Shown: positions 1-10,283 of the stretch, in pieces
Layout: each line of letters begins with the position of its first letter
Numbering within the stretch: the first letter of the stretch is position 1
Source of the DNA: Trueperaceae bacterium
Lineage (GTDB): Bacteria > Deinococcota > Deinococci > Deinococcales > Trueperaceae
Assembly (NCBI GenBank): GCA_965213925.1
Contig: OZ243927.1
Coordinates: 1,728,001 to 1,792,000, forward strand
Length of the DNA stretch: 64,000 bases
Direction of reading: 5' to 3'
Translations under genes and position numbers: made by a program
The notes under the pieces: model-generated
The model's database searches: none
Told to the model about the DNA's origin: nothing
What the model saw: the letters and a program-made list of their open reading frames with translations, nothing else

Positions 1-560
1 CAGGCGATGAGCATCGCCATAACGGTAGTTTTGCCTGCGCCCGTCGCGAGTTTTAGCGCTAGGCGGGATAGGTCGGGATTCGCGTCTTGGTTGACCCTAC
101 GCAAGTGCTCCAGGAAGTCTTTGCCGACCTTGTTGTTCGGCGCGACCTCGGTGAGCCAGATAGCGACTTCCACCGCCTCGACCTGACAGAAGAAAGGGCG
201 GATGCTGCTGAAAGGGTGGTGTCGCCAGTGCTTGAGTAGGCGGGCAGTCTCGGGCGTAACGCACCACTTGCTCTCCGGCAGACTGCGCCACTCATCGACG
301 TGTGCCCGCAGTTCGTTGATAATTGAGGCGTTGTACTGCTGGTCTCCGGTTGAAAGCCCTTCGCCCTCGTCAAACGCAATCCTCTGCGCCTGCGCACCTC
401 GCTGTTTCTGTGATCTAGGAATCGGCGAGATAAACTCAGCGCGTCGCCGCCGCTCAACCACTTTACGTGTCGGCTGTCCGTTCTCGTCCAGTTCCCAGTG
501 CCGCTTAGGATACTCGTAAGGCGAGTTTAGAATAGGCTGGTTGAAAAACGTATCACTCAC
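1..560 (-). CDS. Type III restriction endonuclease Res subunit / SF2 helicase, 5' part (runs off the window edge)
   Basis: Not in the ORF track; translated by hand from GTG at 560 after a GGAG SD: MSDTFFNQPILNSPYEYPKRHWELDENGQPT...FFCQVEAVE...RLALKLATGAGKTTVMAMLIA (Walker A). Confidence 0.85.
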   Translation of the reverse strand, partial: MSDTFFNQPILNSPYEYPKRHWELDENGQPTRKVVERRRRAEFISPIPRSQKQRGAQAQRIAFDEGEGLSTGDQQYNASIINELRAHVDEWRSLPESKWCVTPETARLLKHWRHHPFSSIRPFFCQVEAVEVAIWLTEVAPNNKVGKDFLEHLRRVNQDANPDLSRLALKLATGAGKTTVMAMLIA

Positions 561-756
561 GCAAGACTCCTGAGAAGTTATGTAGAGCTGGCGCTGAGCG
601 ACCTAGCTATACGTAGAAGTCAAGATAGTCTCCCGAAAGCATTAGGAGCTATGAAGCCCTCAACTTCTGCGTTCTTGAGCTTGTCTACTTTTCCACTTCT
701 TGGATAAATGAAAAATTTATCTCAATAGTTTGCCCAGTTCTTCACTTCTCCCAACT

Positions 757-834
757 AGTCGAGATTGAAGACGAGCTTTCACTCCACTTCGTTGCGTTCA
801 GAATGACATCACTCATCTTTTAGTTGACAGAGTA
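757..834 (-). mobile_element. MITE family A, truncated copy 1
   Basis: CTTTCACTCCACTTCGTTGCGTTCAGAATGACATCACTCATCTTTTAGTTGACAGAGTA followed by CTTAG; matches the reverse complement of the left half of the other copies. Confidence 0.75.
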
Positions 835-1118
835 CTTAGTCAACTACTGGGTACACCATGAAGCAGCTTCTTCTCGAGAAGTACATAAACAGCTTTCCCT
901 GCTCAAAACATCACTCGTGACGCGGTGCAAGAGGGTAGTCTTGCGGCAAACCTCAAACTTCAAGCAGTATCCGATAGCCCGCGCAAATTAGCTGGTATAC
1001 GCACGCCTTGCCGGCGACCAGAAGTGCGCCCACAATCTCGCGGTTTGTCCCGGAGTTATCGTCTAAAATTTGGGATGTGCCAGACCTAGAGACGACGCTG
1101 AAGGCTGCTCGAGAGCCC

Positions 1119-2573
1119 TTACGGGCAATACAGCTTGATAGCCTCGGCAAGAGGCACGTCCAGCTTCGGTAGAGGCGTGCTCATAGGCGGAGTCGTGTCA
1201 AAAAACGCGAGTGGTGATACCCTTTGCGGCGGCTTCGGGGCGCAGCGTGGCGCGTTGTTGCTGTAGTCCAGCGCGGTGTAAACGCTCAACACTGGCGCGG
1301 CAAATGAGGTGCCCGCCACGCTGATGTCGGGATAGGTCGTCCAAGCACCGCTAATAGGGTCGAAGAAGGTGAGTCGGTAGTACCCGCCTGACAGCAGCAC
1401 CTCGCCAGTGTTCGAGTAGTCCGCATCTTTGAGACCGGCGGGACCGCTCAGGTTCTCCGCGCTCACGCTGACGAACTCAGGCCAGTGGCCGGGAAAGAGG
1501 GCGTAGTCGAGCTGATAGTTGCCAGCGGCAGCTAGGTAGGTGATCGCGGCTGCGCCCCCGTACTTCTCCCGGTCTCGCTGCGCGAGGATACGCAGCGGGT
1601 CTACACCCACGGGCACAGTCAACACGCGGGCGAGTTCCTCTCTAAACTGTGCGGCGTCGAGGTTGTTCGCTTTCATCACCGCCTCCTGATATCGCTCGAA
1701 GGTCGGAAACTGTGCCTTGCTTGCCTGGAAATCTTCTAAAACACTACAGGGCACGAGGCCGAAGCTCAGGTTGACGGCGAAGCGTTCAACGCCTCCCTGG
1801 GCTGCCAACATGCGAAGGGTCGCGGCGATTCGTCCTGCAATGATGGTCGTGTCGAAATCTTCGGTGTCCACGGCAGCGACGAGAATACCCAGGTTGGTAA
1901 ATTCGGCGAGAATCACGTCGAGAGGCTCGAAGGCGAAGGGCACGCCAGGCGCAGGCGTATCGACGCGCAAAGTGCTGATGTTTACGTCCTGGTCGAGGAC
2001 GCTGAGCAGAGCCAACGTGTGGTTAAAAACGAGCGCCCCGTGCGAGACTTGTCCGTTGGCTTCTAACGTGTCTAGCTCCGCTTCCTGCTGCGGCGTTCTG
2101 GCGTTCAGGTCCAAAGGTAGACGTGAGGATAGACCGCCGAGCGTATCGCCTCCTCCTTGGTCGGGGAAATATACGCCAGGCACGCGGAGTCCCTGACCGT
2201 TGAAATCGTCGACCACGAGGATAGCCGAGGGTTGGTCAAACTTGGGGGCAGCGAGACTCTCAATATGTTGACTGACGGGAAGCACGTCGCCAGGAGTGCT
2301 CCCCAAAGGATAAGGCTTAACAGCCAGCCCGCCGATGCCGCCCCGAGCGCGTACACCCTCGCCTGGTATCTTAAACTCGTTGATCGGGCAGTTGCCCCTC
2401 CCCACGTCGATGAGCCTCTCTTTACTGGAGTCACTGATGGCGATCAGCTTGGCTGCGTTGAGCGAAGTTTCGAATTCTAAGCCCGCCGTTTGGATAGGTT
2501 TGAGTCCCTCTCCGCCACAAGCGACGAGGAGCAGCGACAACGTAAGCAGTTCTATAGCTAAGTATCGGTTCAT
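1119..2573 (-). CDS. Lipoprotein, subtilisin-like S8 serine protease
   Basis: Lipobox LLVA-C; VVDDF (Asp), SHGALV (His), AAAGN (oxyanion Asn), GTSFAAP (Ser). Confidence 0.85.
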   Translation of the reverse strand: MNRYLAIELLTLSLLLVACGGEGLKPIQTAGLEFETSLNAAKLIAISDSSKERLIDVGRGNCPINEFKIPGEGVRARGGIGGLAVKPYPLGSTPGDVLPVSQHIESLAAPKFDQPSAILVVDDFNGQGLRVPGVYFPDQGGGDTLGGLSSRLPLDLNARTPQQEAELDTLEANGQVSHGALVFNHTLALLSVLDQDVNISTLRVDTPAPGVPFAFEPLDVILAEFTNLGILVAAVDTEDFDTTIIAGRIAATLRMLAAQGGVERFAVNLSFGLVPCSVLEDFQASKAQFPTFERYQEAVMKANNLDAAQFREELARVLTVPVGVDPLRILAQRDREKYGGAAAITYLAAAGNYQLDYALFPGHWPEFVSVSAENLSGPAGLKDADYSNTGEVLLSGGYYRLTFFDPISGAWTTYPDISVAGTSFAAPVLSVYTALDYSNNAPRCAPKPPQRVSPLAFFDTTPPMSTPLPKLDVPLAEAIKLYCP

Positions 2574-2601
2574 GTATTCTCCTAAAGCCGCACATTACAT
2601 G

Positions 2602-5235
2602 CTAGGCGTCAACTAGACGTGAATTTCGCTCGGTTAGGAGCCGCTCGACCTGGTCTGCCTCGGCTCGCGCGTGGTTGGCGTCGTAGAGCTTGAGCGCCTT
2701 CTCCAAATAATGCTCGCCTATCTGCCGCTGCTGCGCGTCCATATACATCTCGCCTAGCTCATGCAGCGCGTAGGCTTGCCACAGTCTGGTTATCATGAGG
2801 CGGTAGCGATGCCTAGAGCCTCCTTTCTGAGGATCACGGCCTCACTCGAAGTTGCCGAGCTTGCGTTTCGCCTCGCCTAGATTCAAGACGGCGTAGAAGA
2901 GGAGGTCAGCGGCGCGGGCCTGGTCTGCGTTAAGGTCACGTTTTAGCGTGCGGGCTACCTCTACGGCTTCCATGTTCAGGCGCTCCACTAGAGCCCAGTC
3001 GTGACGGAAGGCGGCCACGTAGCCGCGATGCTGTAACACCTGTCCGAGGGCGTCCCCATCGCCTACGCCTTGTGCAAGTTGGTACGCCCGCTCGAAGTCC
3101 CGCTCGGAGCCTGCGCCGAGGTGATGGCGGCTGACGCCGCAAAGACTGATCAAGATCGCCTCTCGCGCCGTATTTTTAGTGCGCCGTGCGAGCCGTGCAC
3201 CTTCGGTATAAGCCTCTAACGCCCTGGCGAAGTCATGGTGCTGCACGCGGTAAGCGTCGCCGAGTCTGGTTGCGAAGTGATGCGCTCTACTGAGCTGCCC
3301 AGTTTCCTTTGCCCAACGCACCGCCATTTCCAAAATGCTCAAGGAGCGCGGTGTGTGCCCGCGAACGTAGAAGTACGCCTCGCCGATGACCAAGCCCGCC
3401 ATCATCTCCACCAAAGCGTGCTGGTCGTTCGCTTCGTGTGCCGCGCCGAGCGCCCCGACGAGGTTGGCCATCTCCGCGCCGAGCAGCTCGAAGTCTTTCT
3501 GGGCTGTGCGGATGAGGTCACGGCAAGCCTGAATCACCGTTCGCGTCCGCACATAAGTCTTCTCCCGCGCGAAGCTGTGCGCTAGGTCGTGCAGCGCGTA
3601 GCGCACCAGGTCGCTGCCGGGGCTTGCTGTGCGCTCGGCGAGGGCGCGAGCCTGGAGTTCGATGAGGGCGATCTCGGCGGTCTCCGTATCGCGGCGCAAC
3701 AGGCGGGCTAAGAGCGGCGCGGTGACGGCGCGTGAAGGAAGTGCCCCGACCGCTAGAAACGCCTCGTATGCGTCGTCGCTCAGCGCATCTAAGCTCGCCT
3801 GTAAAAGGGCGCTCACGCTCTCTCGCCCCGTTTCTCGCCAGCCTTGAGGTGCTTGTAAGGCGTGTGGGGCGTTTGCGAGTTGTGCCAGCAGTTGCGGCGG
3901 GCTGAGCCTGTCGTGCTTGAGCTTAGCTGCGGCCAGACGCAGGGCGAAAGGGTGGTCGCCTAGCGTCTCACACAAGGCGTCCAAGTTGGGGTCGGTATCA
4001 TATTCAGTGAGCGCCACACCCGCTTCGAGAGCGAGCAAACGCCGTGCGTCTTCGCGAGCGAGTATCCCGATGTCGAGACGCTTCAATCCTGTTATACGCC
4101 GCCTCGCCGTGACCACCAGGGGCAGGCTGGGCAAGCGCTGGCGAAGCTCGGTAACGGCGTTTTCGTCCCAGACGTCGTCGATCACGACGAGCGCAGTTTG
4201 TTCACGGCGCAGCGCTTCGCGCAGGGTGTCCGAGGACAGGAGTCCGCCTTGAATCCCCACCGCTTGACCCGCTGCCTCCGCGAGTTCGGTCGCTGTGCTC
4301 AGCCCTGCTTGGAGCCACAGCACGTTTCCTGTGCTCAGCCAACCCGAAGCGAGTTCGGCGGCCAGCGCCGTCTTTCCGACGCCGCCGAAGCCGTGTAGGA
4401 GCACGGACCGCTCTTTTACCTCGGCGCTCAGCCCTGCGAGGAGCCCCTGACGACCGACCAGCCGCGTCGCTCGACCCGGCACGCGGTCGCCGAGCCTGAG
4501 CAAGAGCCCCTCAGCGCCTGCACCGTGCGTCCCCATGAGCTGGCGGTGCAGCTTGAAGGTTTCCGGGGCAGGTTTGCATACGCCCAGGTATTCTTTAAGC
4601 GCGGCGCGGCAGCGCTCAAAGGCGCGGTGCACGTTCTCGAGGTGACCGCTGTCATACTCCAACTGCATCAGCAGCCGGTGGGCAGCTTCGTTCAGCGGGT
4701 TACGGGCTACGAGTTGCTCGGCGAACCTTTTAGCCCGAGCGTACTGACCTCGCTCCGATAGAGTCAGGGCCGCGCTCTGGAAACGCTCATCCAACAGGGT
4801 GTTTGCCCGCCGCCGCTGCTCTTCGAGCCACTCACCGTAAGAGGGAGTGGGGGGCTCAAACCCGAACAGGAGTTCGCTCGTGTCGGCATCGGCGCAAGTG
4901 GCTAAGTGGTTTAGCTGTGCGTCAGAAGGGGTGCGCTCAGCCGCTAGTCGCTCGAGACCATCCAGGTCACTCCGCCCCCGAATCTCGATAAAGTCGCCAT
5001 CATCCACGAACCACGTGTCCGCGCCAGGGAGCCGCCGCAGTTTGTAAAGGGCTGTGCGCAAGCTGCCGCCTCGCCCGGTCCCCCAGAGGAGTTCGGTGAT
5101 CTCACCTCTGGTACAGGCCCGTCCTTGCAGGACCACATAGCAGATGAGCGCTAAGTGCTTGTTCTGGACATCTAAAGCATGTCCCTGGTAGGAGAGGCGG
5201 GGTACGCCTAAAAGGGTAAGGTCTAACACGCTCAC
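2602..5235 (-). CDS. SARP-like BTAD + NB-ARC (STAND ATPase) + TPR regulator, interrupted near the C-terminus
   Basis: N-terminal LTLLGVP and BTAD-type NPLNEAAHRLLMQL; Walker A GFGGVGKT, Walker B VVIDDVWD, GDHPFALRL (GxP), LHDLAH (MHD); TPR-like tail. ORF 2602-2796 is in the same frame after the TGA at 2842-2844. Confidence 0.85.
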
Positions 5236-5386
5236 AGTTTGCCAGACGGAGCCTGACTTCGGCCTGACCGCATCCTGCGAAGCGTTTAAGCCGCCCTAGG
5301 CGGCGTTTAACGGCGAGTTGACGCCCCCTCTCTACCCTTAGGAGGTCATCTAACCAAACTCTCAGGATGACGGAGAGGAGACGCAC

Positions 5387-6625
5387 ATGAGGCGTCAACT
5401 ATATGGGCTGGTCGGGATTACGTGTGTGGTGCTGTTAGCGGCCTGCGGACAGCCGCTAAGCTCACAGCCGGAACTGGACGCGCAGGGCTCCGAGGCGTTC
5501 AAACAGATTAGGAACGAACTCGATTTGGAACCTGTCGAAAAGATTCTCGCGCAAGGGGAGCCGACCCGGTTCGAGGGTGAGGGCTACCTAGTCGACTTTC
5601 TCGGCAAGGGTCGCACCATCAAAGTGGAGCAGGTCGAACCACCTAGGATTGTCGATAACGGCAAGTCTGGCGAGGAAGAGGAAGACCCTGAGCTGCGCTT
5701 CGACACGCAGACTTTCGTGGCGTTTAACCCGTCCACTGGGCTCGAATTCGCCGTGACCGTCGAGGAGAGCCTGCACGAGCGGCTCTTCGAGCTTTTCGAA
5801 GTTTACGAGGTGCCGATTAGCTCGGGCAAGGCGGACGAGGGGTTAGAGCGCGAGAAAGGCTTCCGCCCACAAGCGATCACGGACAGTGTCGATACCCGTA
5901 TCCGCCTCAATAACCCGGCGGGCTTCTCCACTTGGCGGCGCATCGTGCACCTCAGCAACGGCTGCACCGGGACGATGGTCGGTCCTCGCGTCGTGCTCAC
6001 CGCTGCGCACTGTCTCGTCAATAGGGGCTCAAACGCCTACTTCTCGATGTCGGTCGCTCCGGCTCGTGAGGGCACCAGCCAACCTTACGGCTCTTACTTC
6101 GTAGGTCCCGGCGTCTCCAACACCTTTGTGTGGGTGCCGTCACAGTGGCGTAACGGCGCGGTCTGCAACACTTACAGCGTCGAATGCCGCCGCTACGACT
6201 ACGGCTACCTCGTGTTGGCCGACGATATCGGTAATGAGACAGGTTGGATGGGTGTTGAACCGACCTCGGTGTGGACCTTGGACGACAAAGCCCTTTACAA
6301 CCGGGGCTATGCTGGCTGCGGCTACTCAAATTCGCCTAGCGGCTGCGTACCTCGCAATCTTTATGGTGACACGAGCACCGGCGACATCGGCGACTACCGC
6401 TATCTGACGAGCGGCTGGTACCAAATCCTGCACCACAGCCTCGACACGAGCGGCGGTCATAGCGGCAGCGCCGTCTATCACTACCTGAGCGGTCACCCCA
6501 CCGTCGCGATGGTGCATCACTCCTGGAACTCCAGCAAGCCGAGCGACGCGCACCTGCGCAACGTAGGGCGGCGGGTCGCGCCCGACATCAAGAACAACGT
6601 CAACTTCCTCAACACGGTCTTCTAA
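5387..6625 (+). CDS. Lipoprotein, trypsin-like (S1, glutamyl-endopeptidase-like) serine protease
   Basis: Lipobox LLAA-C; LTAAHC, YDYG, GGHSGS motifs; AGGAG SD. Confidence 0.85.
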   Translation: MRRQLYGLVGITCVVLLAACGQPLSSQPELDAQGSEAFKQIRNELDLEPVEKILAQGEPTRFEGEGYLVDFLGKGRTIKVEQVEPPRIVDNGKSGEEEEDPELRFDTQTFVAFNPSTGLEFAVTVEESLHERLFELFEVYEVPISSGKADEGLEREKGFRPQAITDSVDTRIRLNNPAGFSTWRRIVHLSNGCTGTMVGPRVVLTAAHCLVNRGSNAYFSMSVAPAREGTSQPYGSYFVGPGVSNTFVWVPSQWRNGAVCNTYSVECRRYDYGYLVLADDIGNETGWMGVEPTSVWTLDDKALYNRGYAGCGYSNSPSGCVPRNLYGDTSTGDIGDYRYLTSGWYQILHHSLDTSGGHSGSAVYHYLSGHPTVAMVHHSWNSSKPSDAHLRNVGRRVAPDIKNNVNFLNTVF

Positions 6626-6643
6626 ATACACTGCTGATCTTAC

Positions 6644-6672
6644 AGGGCGAGAGCGAACTCTCGCCCTACTTT
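6644..6672 (+). terminator. Intrinsic terminator
   Basis: AGGGCGAGAG-CGAA-CTCTCGCCCT hairpin just after the protease stop. Confidence 0.6.
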
Positions 6673-6717
6673 CAGCGTCGGCATCCGTGCGCTTGAGCGC
6701 CTCTCCACGTACAGTCT

Positions 6718-6915
6718 TTAGATGCGCTCTATGCTCGTCTCTTCTTCCAAAACGATGTCTGCGGGTTCGAGCAGAACGATCTCACCATCTTGCCACACCA
6801 CGGCAGGAACGCCTGCCCGCTTATGTTGCTGGAGCGCTCTTCGAGCCGCTTTCGCTAGAGCTTTGTCGAGCAGTGCGGGGTCTTTTAAGCGGTCGTGTAT
6901 TGTTTTAGCTTCCGT
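6718..6915 (-). pseudogene. 65-aa ORF with ACG start, resembling small partners of zeta-toxin-like ATPases
   Basis: GAAGGAG SD then ACG; (M)EAKTIHDRLKDPALLDKALAKAARRALQQHKRAGVPAVVWQDGEIVLLEPADIVLEEETSIERI. An in-frame TGA lies just upstream, so no canonical start is available. Confidence 0.55.
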
Positions 6916-7201
6916 AGCGCTCCTTCAAACCTTGCCAGACGGACGCCCTTGACTTGTTCGGTTTGTAGTTTCTGCAGCCTTTCTACAACATACTGGGACA
7001 GATAAACGCGGATATACCCGCTAAAGCAGCTAGCGGGAGCGGTTTCCTACGGCGCTCTATATAGTGGGAGCGTCGCTCCGCACGACTTCATTCACTCTGA
7101 TTCCTTCTTTCCGCCCGATTTTTCCAAGTTCGCACCGCTAAACCTCCCTTTCGTCGTTACATTCCTGCTTTTGGGTTGCCAAACACGTTAGACTAACCTT
7201 A

Positions 7202-9622
7202 ATGAGCGATTTAGACCGGGAGCAACTTTTCTCCTTTTTCAAAGACCATCCTGAAAAACCCTGGCACGTCCAGGATATTCAAAAACGACTTAAACTAAGC
7301 GACCGCAGCGACTTGCGCCGCGAGCTGACCCTCCTCGTGGACGAGGGCAAGCTCGTCAAGACGCGGCGGCGCACCTATGGGCTGCCCCAAGAGATGAACC
7401 TCATGTTGGGGCGCTTGCAGGTCACGGCGGGCGGCTACGGCTTCGTAATCTCCGACGCCGAGGACGAGAAAGACCTCTTTATCCCGGCGGACAGCTTGAA
7501 CGGCGCGTGGGACGGCGACAGGGTTATGGCCCGTCCGAACTCGCAGGGCAACGGTAGTGGACGCGATAACGAGCGCATCTCCGGTGAAATCGTGCGCATC
7601 TTGGCGCGCAAGCATGACCTTGTGGTAGGGAGCTTAGAGTATTCGCGCGGCTACGCGATTTTGCGCCCCGACTCGCCGAGGTTGCGCGAGCGCATCTTGC
7701 TGCTGCCCGACTCGGTAGGGAAGTTGGAGGCGGGCACGCGCATCGTCGCTAAAATTATCTGGCCTGAAGACTCCGGCGAGCGCGACCCCTTCGGCGAAGT
7801 CGAGGAGGCATTAGGCGAAGGGGACGACCCCGAGGTCGAGACCCGCGCCGTCATCGTCAAGTACGACCTCAAGGACGAGTTCGACCCTAAGACGATTGCC
7901 GAGGCGGAAGCGGTGCCCGAGGCCGTCTCCGGCGAGATGATCGCGGGGCGCACCGACATGCGCGGCATCAACACCTTTACGATAGACGGCGAGGACGCCA
8001 AAGACTTCGACGACGCGATCTCCTTGGAGCGTATCGGCGGGCGCAACGGGCATCTGCGCGTCGGCATCCACATCGCGGACGTGTCGTACTACGTCGCGGA
8101 AGGCACCAGCCTAGACCGCGAGGCGTTCGAGCGGGCGACGAGCGTGTACCTGCCCGGCAAAGTCTTGCCGATGCTGCCCGAGGCGCTCTCCAACGGAATC
8201 TGTTCGCTCGTCGAGGGCGAGGCGCGCCTGGCGCTATCAGTTTTGGTCGATGTGACGAGAGAAGGCGACATTAAAGGGATGAAGGTCAAAGAGACCGTCA
8301 TCTCGTCCGATGCGCGGCTCACCTACAACCAAGTGCAAGACTTTGCGGACGGTGAGCGTTTGCCCATCGGCAAGCGCAAGTTAGAGCGCGACATCAAGCA
8401 GCTGATTAAGCTCACGCAGCTTTTGCGAGAGGCTAGGCTCGAGAACGGCGCACTCGACTTCCAGTTCACCGAAGCCAAAGTGGACGTAGACGACGAGGGC
8501 GAACTGCACGTGACCCCCGTGCGCCCGAACCAGGCGCGGCAACTCATCGAAGAGCTGATGCTTTTAGCGAACCGTTTGGTCGCGCAAGAACTCTCGAGCA
8601 AAGACATCCCCGCTCTGTACCGCGTCCACGAAGACCCCAGCGACGCCAAGATTCAGGCGCTTCAGGGCAGCCTCGGCAAGTTGGGTTACGAAATCGACAT
8701 GGAGCACGCCGGACCTCAAGACCTGCAAAGCGTCATTCGGCAAGCGGCGGGCAAGCCTGAAGCGCAGCTCGTCAACACGCTCCTCCTGCGCTCCTTAAAG
8801 CAAGCCCGCTACAGCGCCGACAACTTGGGTCACTTCGGTTTGGCGTTCGACAACTATCTGCACTTCACCTCGCCGATTCGCCGCTACCCCGACCTCGTCG
8901 TGCACCGCGTGCTGCGCGCCATGCTCCAGCACCGCCTCTCGCCGACCTTAAAAGAGCGCATGAAGAGTGACTTTCCCGCCCTGGGCGAGCACACCAGCGA
9001 GCGCGAGCGCGTCGCCGAGGACGCCGAGCGCGACCTTACGCGCTACTACCACGCGAAGTGGGCCAAGGAGCACCGGGGCGAGACCTTTAACGGCACGATC
9101 ACAGGCGTGACGAACTTCGGGCTCTTTGTGGGGATGCCCAACGGCGTCGAAGGACTCCTGCACGTCTCGCAACTCGACGACGACTACTACATGTATATCG
9201 AAGACGCGATGATGCTCATGGGCAAGTCCACGAAGAAGAAGTACCGGCTCGGCAACCGCATCGACATAAAGATTTTGAGCGCGAACCCGACGGTTCGCCA
9301 GATCGACCTAGGACCGGAGTCCGCCGAGTTGCCCGACGAGGAAGAGGAGACGACGCGGCGTCCGCAGCGTCCGCCTAAAAATCTCAAGACGCCCCTCTCC
9401 GCGTCGCCCATCGAGTCGAGAGAGGCGGAGCGGAGCGCGGGGGCGATTCGCAAGGATAAGCGGGCGGACGCTCTGCCCGAAATGGAGCGAGAGGCGAGCG
9501 CACCCGAGCCAGCTAAGCAAGTTGAGCCTGACGTATCCGAGCAGGACCAGGGTCCCCCACCGCCCGTCACCCCCAAACGTAAACGCCGCATCCTCGTTTT
9601 CGGGGACCCCACCCGGCGGTAA
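7202..9622 (+). CDS. rnr: Ribonuclease R
   Basis: Cold-shock domains, FTIDGEDAKDFDDA, HFTSPIRRYPDL, C-terminal S1 domain. Confidence 0.95.
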   Translation: MSDLDREQLFSFFKDHPEKPWHVQDIQKRLKLSDRSDLRRELTLLVDEGKLVKTRRRTYGLPQEMNLMLGRLQVTAGGYGFVISDAEDEKDLFIPADSLNGAWDGDRVMARPNSQGNGSGRDNERISGEIVRILARKHDLVVGSLEYSRGYAILRPDSPRLRERILLLPDSVGKLEAGTRIVAKIIWPEDSGERDPFGEVEEALGEGDDPEVETRAVIVKYDLKDEFDPKTIAEAEAVPEAVSGEMIAGRTDMRGINTFTIDGEDAKDFDDAISLERIGGRNGHLRVGIHIADVSYYVAEGTSLDREAFERATSVYLPGKVLPMLPEALSNGICSLVEGEARLALSVLVDVTREGDIKGMKVKETVISSDARLTYNQVQDFADGERLPIGKRKLERDIKQLIKLTQLLREARLENGALDFQFTEAKVDVDDEGELHVTPVRPNQARQLIEELMLLANRLVAQELSSKDIPALYRVHEDPSDAKIQALQGSLGKLGYEIDMEHAGPQDLQSVIRQAAGKPEAQLVNTLLLRSLKQARYSADNLGHFGLAFDNYLHFTSPIRRYPDLVVHRVLRAMLQHRLSPTLKERMKSDFPALGEHTSERERVAEDAERDLTRYYHAKWAKEHRGETFNGTITGVTNFGLFVGMPNGVEGLLHVSQLDDDYYMYIEDAMMLMGKSTKKKYRLGNRIDIKILSANPTVRQIDLGPESAELPDEEEETTRRPQRPPKNLKTPLSASPIESREAERSAGAIRKDKRADALPEMEREASAPEPAKQVEPDVSEQDQGPPPPVTPKRKRRILVFGDPTRR

Positions 9623-9625
9623 GGG

Positions 9626-9817
9626 GTGCGCCAGAGAGTGCGTTGCGCGAGCTGCGGTGAAGTTTTCCCCGTCGAAGAGGTCAAGGACGTAGTGGTGAGG
9701 TGTCCCCACTGCGGTCATGAGGGCAGACCCGCAGGTGTGATGCGCACGCCCGACTTCCCGAGTGTGGACACGTTCGCGCGGAGCGTGCAACGGTCGCTAG
9801 CGCTAGAAGAGGAATAA
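9626..9817 (+). CDS. Small zinc-ribbon protein
   Basis: CASC...CPHC; starts 3 nt after rnr. Confidence 0.6.
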   Translation: MRQRVRCASCGEVFPVEEVKDVVVRCPHCGHEGRPAGVMRTPDFPSVDTFARSVQRSLALEEE

Positions 9818-10283
9818 TTCACATTTTCAGAGAGTTATAGTTTTAAGTCGAATGCTGCCGCGTGCTCCCTCTGCTATCTCTACGTGATAAACGAAGGGTT
9901 GACATTCCTCGCTTTGCCATCAGCGTCATTCCAAAAAGAGCTACTACCTTTTAGAAGAGGGCTTGGGGTCGCGCCTGAGCCCTTTTCTTTGCGGAGTAGA
10001 TGCGAAGAACCAGCTCGAGGTGTAAAAAAGCCATGAGAAACGCCCTCGACAAGTCTTAACGTTTTACGCGGACCCTTTAACCGCGCCTCATCCAAACTTC
10101 ACAAACTACCCAGAGTATCTACCGCGAACCATTGCCCCTCAGGTGCCTAAGTCTGATACACTTGAGCCAACACCAACCGCAGCTCCCCCTAGGTCGCGGG
10201 AGCGCGTATTCTTTCGCTGACCCACGCGGCGAGCGGCTAAGCTGCGCTGCTTACGTGCTCTATTGCCTTTTAGGGGAGCTTTC

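Noticed and set aside
2842..2844. In-frame TGA as selenocysteine or readthrough
   Set aside because: The in-frame peptide after it (GRDPQKGGSRHRYR) is not TPR-like while the shifted frame is; indels explain it better.
9880..10095. Short ORF or ncRNA after rnr
   Set aside because: No recognisable motif; only a terminator-like hairpin near 9958-9990.
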